Below are positions 29,567-43,798 of a stretch of 64,000 nt of DNA, one piece after another. The first letter of the stretch is position 1; each line of letters starts with the position of its first letter. Both the position numbers and the translations under genes were made by a program. Source of the DNA: the human T2T-CHM13v2.0 reference genome, Homo sapiens; the NCBI RefSeq assembly GCF_009914755.1, contig NC_060938.1; one strand, given 5' to 3'. Under the pieces are notes generated by a model. The model searched no databases, was not told where the DNA came from, and worked only from the letters and a program-made list of their open reading frames with translations.

Positions 29567-30679
29567 ATATAGGAAAATATGCTTATGTTTATTTCTGATA
29601 TTTCCTGTTAAGTAACGCCATAAATTCTGTCAATTTACATTTTAACATATATTTTTGTTCAGTATAAAAGTTATAGTTGCCCTGCCTGATAAGACATTAA
29701 CCATATGTGTATCTGACCTAGCAATCTTATTTTATTGGTTTTTTAATGCATTTTTTGAAAGATGATATAATCCCTGTTCCTCTTATTCACATTTAGACTG
29801 CATTTACTGTTTTTTGGTCCTTTCAATAATAAATTGAGTATTTTTGACACAAATTCATTCTAAATCTGTAAAAGAATCATGTTTTTACTTTTGAAAGTTA
29901 TATCTCAATAATAAAAATTTTATGTGTATATCTTTTGAATCCTAATTCTATTAGATATTTTAGATTCTAAAATTTCAACTTTTCTGTTAGATTTTGGTCA
30001 TCTTTAATGGCAAAATTTGAGGATTTCTAAACTAGGGCAGCCTCTCACCTCTGAAGAAGACAAAAATTAGAATATTTAAATTATTGAGACCAAAATTTTT
30101 CAATACATCAATAGTCAGAGAGCAGTTAAATTGTTTCACAATTCCTTCATCCCTTGTAAAACATACTACTAAATATGTATATTTTATCTGCATTTAAGCT
30201 TTTGATTTAAGATGTGATTTTTTTTTCAACTATGAGTAATTCCAAGTCCTAAATTGCTGCGGGCAGCGGAGCGGGGGTTAGCACATCGAGTATAGTAGAC
30301 AGAGTTTATGCTTAGAGAAGAATCTTTGCAGGCATGGAGGACCACAATTACAAAGAGAGGGATGCTCTAACTTCTTTAATGACTTTTTCTTGTGACAGAG
30401 CATTTGAGCCTTTGGCATATCCAGTCAAAACTCTCAAGTCATTCATGACACTGAGAGGCAAAGTTCACTCAGAGTTAAACTTGCGTTTAACTCTGTACAG
30501 AATTTCTAAGTGACAAGCATGTCTCTGTCTTTGCCAGATGTGCGGTATTCTTTATGGTCTAGAAACCTATACTTGGATGAAATTTAACCACTCCAACACA
30601 TGCAATATGTATTAGTGAACTAAAACTTTATGGACTAGTAAGAAAAATCAGAGATTTAGTGAAGTCAAAATCCTGAATC

Positions 30680-30720
30680 TAATTCATTGATTGGGAATGT
30701 AATTCATTGATTGGGAATGT
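30680..30720. repeat. Perfect 20-bp tandem duplication (aattcattgattgggaatgt)x2
   Basis: Read directly. Confidence 0.95.
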
Positions 30721-31865
30721 CTTCCTTTTTACAACAGGCTTTTTGTTCTGCCATCTTCCCAGCACTCAGTATAATGGCTTCTATCTTGGTAATTCTTCTG
30801 CAACAGTAGAAATTATAGAGACCTTGCTCTATAGTTGTATCCCAGTGGATTGTACTTCACAGTCAAATAATTTTTATATTTGTCAGTCAGAAATTTTAAA
30901 AATTAGGTTCATAGGGGAGAAAAGTGGCCTTTCTCAGGTTTTATAGTATCATCTCTATTTTCTTTCTTACCTCCTTCACTGCTTTTTCTACTATAAACTT
31001 TATTTAGGGCAGCATATTAAGATTTATGGTGCTGTCAAATGAGGATTTTAAAATTCTCAGCCACACTGTGGCACTAGCTGAAGGCACAAAGAGTTTATCT
31101 TCATTAGGTTGTATTTATTCCTTCTCTGCTTGCGGATAGGCTACTTAGAAGAAGCTGGTCTCTTTCTTAGAAGAACTTTTTGAAAGCCACACAAAAAAAC
31201 AGTCAACACATTTCAAAGTACTGAAATTTCTCTACAGAATTTTCTAAAGCTCTAGCTACAGAGAACTAAAAGTCTGAATACCAAGTGAATTTGCATGAAT
31301 ATGGCAGTATAAATATTTTTCCACTGTATAATACCTATCAGTATCTTCTCAACCAGGGTAATGGAGAATCTTCATACTGTATTTTTTGGCAAATCAACTT
31401 AATCCACGGTTTAAGTGTTCACACTTCCAGAAACCAGTTTCAGAATTAGAACTCTTTTTGGCTTCCAGGAAACAAAGTGACATTAGCAAAATGCTATATG
31501 GTAGCTTATTTATCTGAAAACTCCAAATAATCAAATCATTTTGCTGTATTTCCCTGTCTTCATTTCTCAGCTCAGAAGTTCTGTTTTGTTGGCTGTACTC
31601 TCAGTTAATTTCCCACTCAACAGAAAATGACCACTGAAAATCACAAACTCACATCCCTCTAACAGTGCCAGAGGACAGACTTCTCTTCTTTCCAAATGTT
31701 TCCGGGAAGTCCCAGATTTCTGCTTATGATCTGATCCAATCAGCTGGATTTGACATTAAATTCTCTGATTGGCAAATCTTGTACCATGCTCTATCAAAGT
31801 AAAAAACCAAGAGTGGAGTAGGGATGATTCCACCAAAGAAAAATCAAGGTTGTTTTACAAGGTGC

Positions 31866-32048
31866 AAAGAAAAAAAAAGAGAAAAGTGAAGGAGGCGGAG
31901 AGAGAGAGAGAAGGAAGGGAGGGAGGGAGGGAGGCAAGGAAGGAAGGAAGGAAGGAGAGAAAGAGAAAGAAAGAAAGAGAATGAAAGAGAACAAAAGAAG
32001 AGAAAAGAGGAAGGAAGGAAGGAAGGAAGGAAGGAAGGAAGGAAGGAA
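31866..32048 (+). repeat. Polypurine low-complexity tract including (GGAA)10 at 32009-32048
   Basis: Read directly. Confidence 0.95.
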
Positions 32049-32999
32049 ATGTACAAAGAAAAGATGTCAAAGACGTCTATAACTTGTTAAAGCATGTTGA
32101 AAAATAGAATAAATTTGACTTGTAGGGAACTTTTGTTGGTAGGCCATGGTGATTTAAGTATGCATAATTTCATTTTTAATATTTGTAACCCATCTATTTA
32201 AGAAACCTGTCAGAGTACTGTTAGGCTTATTATTTATATCTTATAGAATATTATTTTTTGTTTCTGAAATAAAGTAAAATTATTTTTGTAATTGTCTTCC
32301 TTCATAGATTTTGATAATGAAAACTGTTGTACAAATACCTCCTAAAGTTATTTTAATAATTGAATAAATGACTGAACTCAATTCAAACAGCTGTGTTGTC
32401 TCTTCCTATACCCTAGATGCCATTCCTTCTTAAACATATTCTTCCTGAGCACTTTGAGATTGGAGATTAAGCTTCTGTTTAATGTTGTTATTTTATTTAT
32501 TGTTTTGTTAATATTAGATCTTCAAGAGATAAGTCTCCTTTGTCTTTGTCTTATTGCTTATAATATGATCAAACACACATCATTCTTTTAAAAAATCATC
32601 TTATCAAGATTTTAACATAATTTGTTATTTTGTATTCCTGACACTATAAATGTAACTTTTACATGTATATTCTACCTAAGCCATTTTTTCCAGCATTCAT
32701 GCAAACCTTTTCAAACCTGTGCTCATTTAATATCCCCACATACTTGATTTCTGTTGATCTTCTATATTTTCCTTCTCTTAATTTATCATAAACATTTTTA
32801 TTTCAATTTTTCAAATCCTTGTTCTCTAAAAGAATTATTTTCAGCTATCTAAAACCATGCTATATTAAATATTTTGCCTTTGTACTAAATTGTGGCACTT
32901 ATGTCTACCTATGCCTAACAGTCCTTCCTCCAGCTATTGCAAACTCACATAATTTCATGATGTTTGTTGGCTCTCAGCAGTATTCTAGGGAGGCATGAT

Positions 33000-33225
33000 A
33001 ATGCAATATAAAGTATACTAGTTTAAGACCTTTCTGTCCTTCTTACAGGAATTATTAATAACCTGCATGTTAACTTATTTCAGCCTTAAAGTTTTTATCT
33101 ATAAAATGGTTATATTGTATCCCCAATAGGGATGTCATGAAGATTAAATGTAATAACCTTCATAGTACTTAGTACAGTACCTGACATTTGGTGGTGCTTA
33201 ATAGGTGATTGTCTTTTATTACTAT
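33000..33225 (+). mobile_element. MIR
   Basis: 'tttatctataaaatgg...gaagattaaatg...cttagtacagtacctgaca...gtgcttaata'. Confidence 0.75.
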
Positions 33226-34909
33226 TGTTATAATTTATTAGATTTTACTCTTTAATGCCTCCAAAATGGATGGTTTTGGACATTCAGGACCATTTTTCTG
33301 ATATTAAGCCATTCCTGAGTTTATAAACCATAGATACCATCTCATGCACAGAGAAATGATGCTTATTATGTCTTTCTTCCAGGTTCCTTGAATCTGTTCA
33401 TGCCTGCAAGTGCTTTCCTTGTTCTATATGACAAAATGTGCCATTTTATAAAATAAATAGAATTTTCTTCTATCTCTCCCTTATTTAAAAAATATAGCTG
33501 ATATAAAATCTTATAATTACACTTTTATTCTTTTTTCTTATTTTTCTACTCACCAATTTCTGGATTCTAGTTTACCTCTTTCTCTGTTTCCTCATTTCTG
33601 TTCTTGTTTTTCATTCCTTTTGGATCATTTATCCCCACAATAAGAAAATATTCCATTCTTGACAAAATTTAAAAAATGGAAAGACATTCTGTGAACACTT
33701 TGAATTTATCATCAATGTCAGGAATTGTCACCTCCTATTTTGAGTTTAGTTACTCCTCATTTCTTACCTGGATTACCACAAATGTCCCCTTTTCATTTCC
33801 CTGTGTCTTGACCTTTTTCCCTTCTTATTTATTCATCACATGTTCGAGTGTTATTTCTAAAGAACTGGCATGATTATGATACTCTGAAGCTTTAAAATAC
33901 AACAGTCTCCCAATTGCTATAGATCAAAAATCTATGTCAGTTAATTACATGGGAGGCCCTCTATCATCCTGCTTTATCAACTGCCAAGTAGCAAATATAT
34001 ACCTCCCACAATGAGCCAATCACTATCTCTTATTATCCAGGAGACATTAGTTTATGAATGTTTGTTTATAGAGCTCAAGAATAGAATGACAATGCCTAAT
34101 TCTCCTGATTGTAGCTGAATGGACCATTGATAACTTGTGATCTCTGGCATACAAAAGATAAATGAGGCCAATGAGATTTCCCCACTGAGAACATAAAATT
34201 TGTACATTGAGGAATACATACAGTATATATAGATATAGTAATCCACGGATAATTCAGCCAGGAAGTCGTGTAGGTTCTGCGGCTGGAAAGCCATCAGCTC
34301 AGTGTTTACAGATAAAATAAGAGAGGAGGAAGTTAAACAAAAGAGAGAAACAGAAAGATACACAGGCTTGGAAGAAGAAATTTAGCCATCATCGAGGACA
34401 CTGAGAAAGACAGAAACAGAATGAGACAGAGACCGAGAGAGACAGAGATTAAATGCCTTGATTCCTGACAACTTCTGGATTCCATCTTCATTGAGATTTA
34501 TGTGCATTTTAAAAATAAGCCTGCGCTTTTTTTTTTTAAGTTAACTTTAGTTGGTTTTTGCTCTTTTCCATGGTAAAAGCCTTGACATGAACAGATAAGC
34601 TATTTTTGGTCATCTGGCAACTTTTTCTCCGCTTAAAAAATTCCTACTTTAATGTAAAAGCCTAACTCAACATTGCCAACTCTATGAATTCATTTTCTAC
34701 CTTCTTAGGTCAAATTGATTTCTATCCCCAGTATTATCAAAGAGTAGTATTTATTTACCTATCCTATAGGTAATACACAATATCACATTTTACTTATTTA
34801 TCTTTCAACTCTCCTGGCTTCAGCTTCAGCTTCAGCTTCTACATTTGTAAAAAGTGAATACTAATGGCGTTTCCTCATAGAACTGTGGCTGGGATTAAAT
34901 AATTTGACA

Positions 34910-35419
34910 TGTCAACCATGATTTAAATAACAAGCACTATAAACTTAAGAGAATTTTAAAGTTGATTTTACTCTGAGCCATGTTTGTAGACAATAGCTCA
35001 GGCACACAAGTTCAGAGCAAACCAAGAATGTGCCCCAGAGTGGGCTACATGAAGTATAGTACTTACAGATTTTCACAAAGAAAATGGGGGAAGGAGACAA
35101 TGAAGCAAAGGTGACATTTCTTACAATTCTGAGTGGAGCTTAGTGACATCACACATAAGATAAAGCAAATAGAGTAAAATCTTAGCAAGTATATAGACAT
35201 CTTAGTGTATGGAGAGGGATGATTGATTCTATCCTGCTTTTGTGTTTCATCTGATGCGCAAGGTTACAATTGTGTGTCAGTCAAATGTTTAACAGACCAC
35301 AGCCTTCCACACAAGAGTTCAGATTAGTATAGGCCTAGTTTCTATTATCTTTGTGTTCAACCCACAGTCATCTTGGGCCACTTTTAAAAATGTTTCTTTC
35401 AGATTTTCCTTTTCTGATA
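34910..35419. mobile_element. Probable ERV1 (MER4-group-like) solo LTR splitting a MIR fragment
   Basis: Starts 'tgtcaacc', ends 'agattttccttttctgata'; MIR-like sequence lies before (34830-34905) and after (35420-35450). Confidence 0.5.
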
Positions 35420-36689
35420 GACTTACGTAAAACACTTAGAGAGTAGCTTTTGTTATGATTGTGACTCTCCCATCTAGACAATATTAATTCTGGTAGAATT
35501 CAGTCACCAGTATATGTTTTCTTGATAAGTAAAGGATAATAAATAAATAATAAATTAACTTTTTGAAACAAGAGTAATTTAAATAGTTCATAATTAAGAA
35601 ACCCATTTCTATACTAATGGGCTGATAAACAGACATGTAGAAAATAAGCAATATGTACGGTAAAATAAAAAGTTGTAACTAAAATTGATTCGGTTGGAAA
35701 AGAATGGCTTCCATAAGTTTTGTCATCAGTAAATTTTTATCCTAAAATGACTAGAAAGAACTCCTTGGTTAAAGCCTTGTTTTACAAATCACATAGCTTA
35801 TTTTTCATATAGCAAACCCAAGGACAAAATGGGATAGGAAATCTATTTTGAGATGTAAATGTAGAAGCACTTTGAGATATTTAACATGGAACAGTGCTTC
35901 AGACATTTATTCAAAAATTCAGCTGTTATTAAATGCCAAGCCAGTTTGTCATAAACCCAAGTGTGACAACCCAAGTGTATGATAAATAAGAAAAAAACAA
36001 AGAATGCTATTAGTTGACAAGTGAGTGTATTCTTACTGTGCCTTAAACTTTTGTTTGTATTATTAATGAACTCTGCTATTTCTTCTGTTGCAAATTTGAA
36101 AATAAATATGTTGCATTTCAATAGAAAGGAAGTTTAAAGGAAATAAAGCAAACTGATTAACCTGCTACTTTGACTTTAATCAGTTGGGCTAGTCTCATTC
36201 AAATCAGAAATTTCCTGGAATAGCAAAATAAACTGAGCTCCTCAAATGTTCTGTAGCTTGCAGAAACTAGATAGAAACTACTTTATTTAAGGTTTAAACT
36301 GCATTAATGTCAAAAAATTGTAGATATCAAAGTCAGAGAAGTTCTTTTCCACATCTTATATGCCACAAGCCAGTAGCTATGCTATGTGTTAATTGCCATG
36401 TTCGTTAGGAATAGTTTGACTCTTGAGTAGATAAGGCTACAATCTAATTAAAAGAAATACATCTCATTGCAAGTGGCTTTCTAAAGGACTTTTACATAAA
36501 TATACCTCAGAAAATAAACAGAAATCAGCCAGTATGCATCACGAGATTAAGAAAATGGCCCAGAAAAAAATAGTGCTGTGTTAAGAATGAGAGTAAAAAG
36601 AGAATGCTAGATAAAATATTTATCCTTCAGTGAAAACTCATATTTATTTATAACTTAAAATACCAATTTTGTTGTTTAAATTAAAAGAT

Positions 36690-37082
36690 TGTAACAAAAT
36701 ATTACAGAGTGGCTTAAACACCAAAATTGTATTTATTGTCTTATGGTTTTGGAGGTTAGAAGTCCAAAATCAAATGTCTGCCAAGTTTGCTTCCTCTGAA
36801 GACTGTGAGAGAAAAATAAGCCTTTCTCCTTGGCTTGTTAGTTGACCATATTTCCCCTGTGTCTCTTTACATCATCTTTCTTCCTTGCATATCTATCTCT
36901 GGCTCCAAATTTCCCCTTTTCATAGAGACAACAGTCATATTAGATGAAGGGTTGAATCTATTCCATTATATTCTTATCTTAACTAATTACATCTGCTAAT
37001 GACCCCAATTTCCAAATAAGGTTATGTTCTGAGGTGTTGAGTGTTAAGACTTCCAACATAGGAATTCTGGGGGAGACACATT
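36690..37082 (-). mobile_element. MLT1 (B/C-like) LTR
   Basis: 'gtaacaaaat...ggcttaaaca...ggaggttagaagtccaaaatcaa...ttccaaataagg...gggggagacaca'. Confidence 0.8.
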
Positions 37083-38169
37083 TTTGAAAATGGAAATCTA
37101 AAAAATATATTTGAATCTCTTATATGTGAAGAGCACACATAACCAAATAAAGAATGGCAGTTGCCAAAGAGATGACAGTTAGAGGCAAAATTAAGAATTT
37201 GATTTTGCAATTGCTTAAAGGTGAAGAAACTTGACACATAGTTGGCTACCCACCAGTGACATTTCTAAAATGGAAAAAAGTCTGCTTTTACTTTCTTGGC
37301 ACCATCTTACTTCAGTGCTTTTCTATTGTGGATTGCAAAAAGAAACGCCATTAACTGGCATTAACCCCATAGCATTACCTGGCCCCCTAACAAATATTTT
37401 CTTAGGTCCTGATCTTACCAATAAGGATCAAGGATCATGCAAATCCAGATTTTACTTCCTACCCACATGAAACCCAACCTTTAGATTTTTTAGCTTTATT
37501 TTCAATCCCTTATCCATACTTTTTTCTAGCTTCCTTTTTTCCAAATTCTTTAAAATACTGTTTTTTTTTTTTTTTTAAGGAACACAAATTGCTAACTTCT
37601 AACTTATACTTTTAAGGGCTTATGATTATACCTCTATTCTCTTTTAAAACTTTTCAAGAAGTCAGATTTTTTCTTTTATTTATTAGTCCCTAAAGTACCC
37701 TTAAAGTGTCATAGGTTTTACAACCAAAATAAGGTTATATTGCAAAGGAAGAGCCACTGAAGGGAAATTAATGCCTTTAAATGGCTGCCATAAGTAATTC
37801 AAGTAGCTCCTCTCTAGACAGCACAGGAAAACATGTTGCAGTTATAAATTTCAGAAATCAGCCCTTGATTATCTTTCAAAGAAAGAAAAATAAATCCTTT
37901 TTTCTTTCTGTGACACATGTGGTTCATCGTATGACACACTCTCATAGGTATATACAGAATATATGGTTACACATACACATACACATTTCCATTCTAACTA
38001 CTTAGCTCCTAATCACTGCTCTTTAATAAGAAATCTTTCCTAGTTATTTTTCATCTGGAAGACCCCAAAATAAAAGACTATTACAAAAGAACTTCACTGG
38101 CCTTCCAACTTTAATCCAATCTCTATGCCATTAATTGTGTTACTCTTTTAAAGTTCTGATCTAGAAAAC

Positions 38170-38300
38170 ATATATTCATTCATTCATGTATTCATTCAAC
38201 AAATAATCTTAGAAATTTATGCCAAGTACTATTCTAGATACAGAAGACAAAACAGTGGGGGAAAAAAATTTCTGTGCTCATGACATTTAGATCTAATTTA
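38170..38300 (-). mobile_element. L2 3' end remnant
   Basis: 'attcattcattc...attcattcaacaaat...tatgccaagtactattctagata'. Confidence 0.6.
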
Positions 38301-38616
38301 GAGGGAAAATGGAATAAATGTAATAATAAATTAACTGTATATTAGAACACAATATCCTCTCTGAAGATAAGTCAGAAATGAATCCTTTATAACTCTCAAG
38401 TAGTGGGAGATATTTTAAAAGATGATTGAATTATCAAAAGCCATTAAAAATTTGAGAAATTCAAGTTAAAAAAAAAAAAAAGGAAAACTTCCAAATAAGG
38501 AAAAAACATTATATAAGATCAAAATACAAATAACTGTGGGTAAAATGTTTACAGCATATATGACTATATGACCTCCCTTTACAAAGTGAAATTGGAACAA
38601 AAGCTACAAAACAGAG

Positions 38617-39675
38617 TATATTAGTCTGTTTTAACACTGCTATTAAAGACATACCTGAGACTGGGCAATTTACAAAACGAAGAGGTTTATTGGACTTACA
38701 GTTCCACATGGCTGGGGAGACCTCACAATCATGGCAGAAGGCAAGGGGGAGCACGTCACATCTTACTACATAGATAGCAGCAGGCAAAAGGAGGGCTTGT
38801 GTAGGGAAAGTCCCATTTTTAAAGCCATTGGATCTTGTGAGACCCATTCACTCTCAGGAGGACATGGGAAAGATCTGCCCCATGATTCAATCATCTTCCA
38901 CCAGCTACCTCCCACAACACGTGGGAATTATGAGAGCTACAAAATGAGATTTGGGTGGGGACACAGAGCCAAATGATATCATTCTGCCCCTGGCCACTCC
39001 CAAATCTCATATCTTCACATTTCAAAACCAATCATGCCTTCCCAACAGTCTCCCAAAGGCTCAGTTCATTTCAGCATTAACTCAAATCCACAGTCCAGCA
39101 GCTCATCTGAGACAAGTCAAGTCACTTGCGTCTATGAGCCTGTAAAATCAAAAGCAAGTTAGTAGCCTCCTAGATACAATGGGGGTACAGGCATTGGGTA
39201 AATATAACCATTCCAAATGGGAGAAATTGGCCAAAACAAAGGGGCTACAGGCTCCATGAAAGTCCAAAATCCAGCAGGGCAGTCAAATCTTAAAGCTCGA
39301 AATGATCTCCTTTGACTGCATGTTTCACATCCAGGTCATGCTGATGCAAGAGGTGGGTTCCCAAGGTCTTGGATAGCACTGCCCCTATGGCTTTGCAGGG
39401 TACAGCCTCCCTCCTAGCTGTTTTCACATGCTGGTGATGAGTGTCTGCAGCTTTTTCAGGCACATGGTGGAAGCTGTCAGTGGATCTGCCATTCTGGGGT
39501 CTGGAGTATGGTGGCCCTTTTCTCACGGCTCCACTAGGTGATACCCTAGTAGGGACTTTGTTTGGGGGCTCCAACACCACACTTCCCTTTTGCATTGCCC
39601 TAGCAGAGGTTCTCCATGAGTGCCTCGCCCCTGGAGCAAGCATCTGCCTGGACATCCAGGCGTTTGCATACAGCT
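38617..39675 (-). mobile_element. THE1 (C-like) LTR (38617-38981) plus truncated THE1-internal
   Basis: Typical THE1 LTR ('aaagacatacctgagactggg...gagatttgggtggggacacagagcc') followed by MaLR internal sequence. Confidence 0.92.
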
Positions 39676-42600
39676 TCTGTTTCTAAAAGTGTTAGAAAAA
39701 CTTCATAGTATTCTAAGATGTTCTAAGGATGAAAATTTGAAAAGAATAAAAGCAAATATATGGGTAATAAAGTTTTCTTCTCCTTTCAAGTTTGTAATAC
39801 TTAGGGTCTAACATTGATGTGGAGTTCCATATAAATATCTACATAAAGAAAATGTATGCATGTGTGTAGAGAATATGTTTAAGACAACTATATTACAAAC
39901 AAGAGAAGATAAGGAAACTTAAAAGATGTGAGGTTTCTTGGACTATAAAAAGTTGACACCAGTTGATTTTTGTGTTGATGGAAGTTTTTTATCTTGATGT
40001 TGGTGATGGTTATAGAAATTTATATATGTGATTAAATGGCATAAAATTATACACACACAGTACCAATGCCTATTTCCTGCTTTTGATATTGTACTTTTTA
40101 TACAAGATAAAACCACTGGGGGAAACTAGGTGAAGAACACCTGACACATTCCAACAGGGCAATTTCCTGTAAATCAATAATATTTGAAAATTATTTTTTA
40201 AATTAATTAAAATACAAATGTAAAAATTTGCTTAAGAAGATGACTGTGTTTTCACTATGCTAATGCACATAAAAACTTGGCTGTGTTTGAGATAATAGTG
40301 CCATTTAGATTTTATGTTTTAATGTATTATGTACAAATGGACATCTGCCTCCTATAAAATATATTAAGCAATAATGAAGTATGTGGTTTCAGACTACCAT
40401 AAGTAATCAATGGGGAAACTGGGCAAAAGGTAGATGAGCCTGCTCTGTGCTATCTTTACAATTTTCTGTAAGTCAAAATTATATCCAAATAAATTTTATA
40501 AATTATGATGCAAATATAAAAATTTGTTTAAAAAGGTGACAGGGTTTTCATTCCCTAAGGCATACATAATTTGTTCCATATTGGAGATAATATTCTTCAG
40601 GTTGTGTCATATTTTTTTACACTGTTAACAAGTGAAAAACTGCTTCCTGATTTTTACATTATGCAGAATTGAAGTAGGTGTTTTTAGATTGCAATGGGCA
40701 ATTCAATATGTGCTTAGTGTTAAAAATTCTGCTTTTGATCCTTATCAATATTGAGTAATTTTGAAAATTTAAAATATTAACAGAGTATATTATTCTTATT
40801 AACATTATTCAAAAGAATATTATATTATACCTGATTTATTCTTAACTATTTTCAAATAAACTATGGAATAGTGACATCAACAAGATAGCCAACCTAGAGC
40901 CCCCTGGCACTTGTCCCACTGACAAAGACAAAGCAGCAAATACACAACTACATTTTGAAGAAAATAACTAAAAGCAAGTGCTGGAATATATCAATAGAGT
41001 GCAGAAACCGCAAATAACACAGAAAGTTAGAATGATCACATAGAGAATAAGAGGAAACACCTTGCCTTTGCCACCTCATCTCCCAGCGGGGATCAGCTTG
41101 GAACCAGGAGAGACTTCTCCCTACAGGAATAAAGTAACAAGGGGACCTCAGCAGCCCCCATCTCCACCTTGGACACCTACAGTCCTCACCACTGAAAGTA
41201 ACTCCTACTGTACTCAGTTACTAAGCTCAGGTGAGGGAGCTACTTGGACTCCACACAGCTGTGATCGCCACAGAGAAGGAGCCAATGCTGCTTGCCCTCC
41301 TATGGCCCACACTGCTACTGCACAGTGTCATCTTGGAATCACAATGATTGTTGTACTGTGCCCTGCTCTGGGGGCATGCAGCCAGAATACCCTTCCATTG
41401 GTGAGGCTTTGTCACTGTGGCTCTACCCACTCTTGGTGGACTACCCTCCTCTACCCAAGCTACTGCTACATCCTATCCAGAGGGACCCAGTTGCTGGGTA
41501 GCTGCTTCATTTGCTCCTTCCAATTGCTGCTGCACTCAGCACTTTGGGGTCTGAGCTGACTCAGCACGCTGCCTTCTGAGAAAATGTTTTCTTGGCCACC
41601 CAAGGCAGTCATATGTTCACCCACAGTGCTTAAGCTGAAGTGGTGTTCTGTCTCCCAGGGAATCAATGTTTCGGCCTAGCCAAGCAGAAGCACCTCCCAA
41701 GGCTGAGCTAATGGGGCATTCCACATAGCAAGGAAACAGAGAATCAGCTAAGCTTGGATACCTGACCCTCCAGACCAAACTACTGTAGCATCCTGCTTCC
41801 CTATAACTGAACTAATTTTTCAGAGTCTGAACTGCTGAAGTGTACTGTCTTCCCAGGTAGTGAAATCATCCCTTCACTGCCCCTGCCCCACAGGGCCATT
41901 CTGCCACTCCTGGGTCGTCCATGATTGCATTCTGCTATTCCTGGGTCCATGCTACCACTGTACCCATCTCAGAGAGCTTAGGATACTGCCATGTCATACC
42001 ATCCTAGGGTCCAGAATCACCACTATGTAGTGTCTTACCCTTTGAAGCATAAGGGGACATTATGCCTTATTGGCTGTGGTACAAAGCGAGGGTGCCCACT
42101 AACACCACTTCTATTCAACGTAGTATTAGAAGTACTAGCAAAGTAATCAGACAAGAAAAAGAAAGAAAAGATATGCAAATTGTAAAGGAAGAAGCAAAAT
42201 TATCTTTATTTGCTAATGACATGATCTTATATGTAGAAAACCCCAAATACTTCACCAAAAACTATTAGAATAAATGAATTCAGTAACACTGCAGAATACA
42301 AAATTAACATGCCATAATATGTGCCATTACTATACAAAATAATGACCTAGCAAAAGCATCAATAAGACAATCCCATTTATGATAGAATCGCAAAATAAAA
42401 TAAAATATTTGAAAATAAATGTAACCAAGGACTTGAAAGACCTGTACACTGAAAACTATAAAATATTGATAAAAGATATTGAAGAAGACACAAATAACTG
42501 AAAAGATATTCCATGCTCATAGGTTTGAAGAATTAATACTGTTTAAATGTCCATGCCACTCCAACCAATATTCAGATTCAGGGCAATCCCTATAAAATCT

Positions 42601-43798
42601 CAATGACATAATTCACAGAAATAAAAAAGTCTTTGTGTGTAAAACCACAAAGAATTTTAAATAGCCAAAGAAATTCTGAGAATTGAAAAAAATTGTTGGA
42701 GGTATCACACTTCCTGATTTAAACTTAAATATTACAAAACTACAGTAATCAAAACAGTATGGTATTGGCATAAAAGCAAACACATAGATAAATGTAACAC
42801 AATAGAGGTCCCAGAAATAAATCTAAACATACGTGGTCAACTAATTTTCAACAAGGGCCCAGAGAGCTTTCAACCAATAAGACACAATGGAGATAGTCTC
42901 TTTAATAGCTGGTACTGGGGAAACAATTTCCACATGCAAAAGAATGAAAGTGAACCCTTATCACACACCATTTTGCTTTTATGGTTTCAGCTATTATGTT
43001 TAGAATTAAGTGTAATAATTTGGGTCTAAAAGACTTAAATGTAATACCTAAAACCATAAAACTCCTAGGAGAAAACATAGGGAAAAAATTCTTGAAATTG
43101 GTTTTGGTGATGATTTTTTATATAACACACCAAAAACTGAGACTACAAAAGCACAGATAAGTAACTGGTACTACATCAAATTAAAAAGCTTCAGCATAGC
43201 AAAGGAAAAAAAAAGGCAACCTATGAGTTAGAAAAAAAATTACAAATCACAAATTTGGTAAAGGATTAATCCTCAAAATTTATAAAGAATGCATACAGTG
43301 AAACAAAAAGAAAACATATAACCTAATTTAAAAATGGGCAAATAACTTCAATAGATAAATATATTTATCCAAAGGAATAAGAATAGCCAAAAGCTATATC
43401 AAAAGGTGCTCAGCATCATCAATCATTAAGGAAATACAAATAAAAGGTATTAGGAAATATTACTTTATACCCATTAGGTTAACTATTATGAAAAAGACAA
43501 CAGATAGCAAGTGTTGGTGAAGGTGTGGACAAAAGGGAACCTTTGTACGTTGTTGGCAGGAGCATGGATTGGTGCAGTCATTATGGAAAACAGTATGGAG
43601 GCTCTCAGATAAACTAAAAAGAGAATTACCATATAACTCAGCAATCCCTCTTCTGGGTATATATTCAAAGGAAATAAAATTACCACCTACTAAAAATATC
43701 TGTACTCTAATGTTTATTCACAACATCCAAGATATGGAACAACCTAGGTGTCTGTCAACAGATGACTGGATATTAAAAAAAAAACAACAACTGTGGTA

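Noticed and set aside
31769-32070. Lys/Arg/Glu-rich and Ser/Phe/Leu-rich ORFs
   Set aside because: Translations of the purine microsatellite.
41062-41666. 165-aa and overlapping ORFs
   Set aside because: They lie in GC-richer L1 5' UTR sequence where stops are rare; no protein homology recognised.
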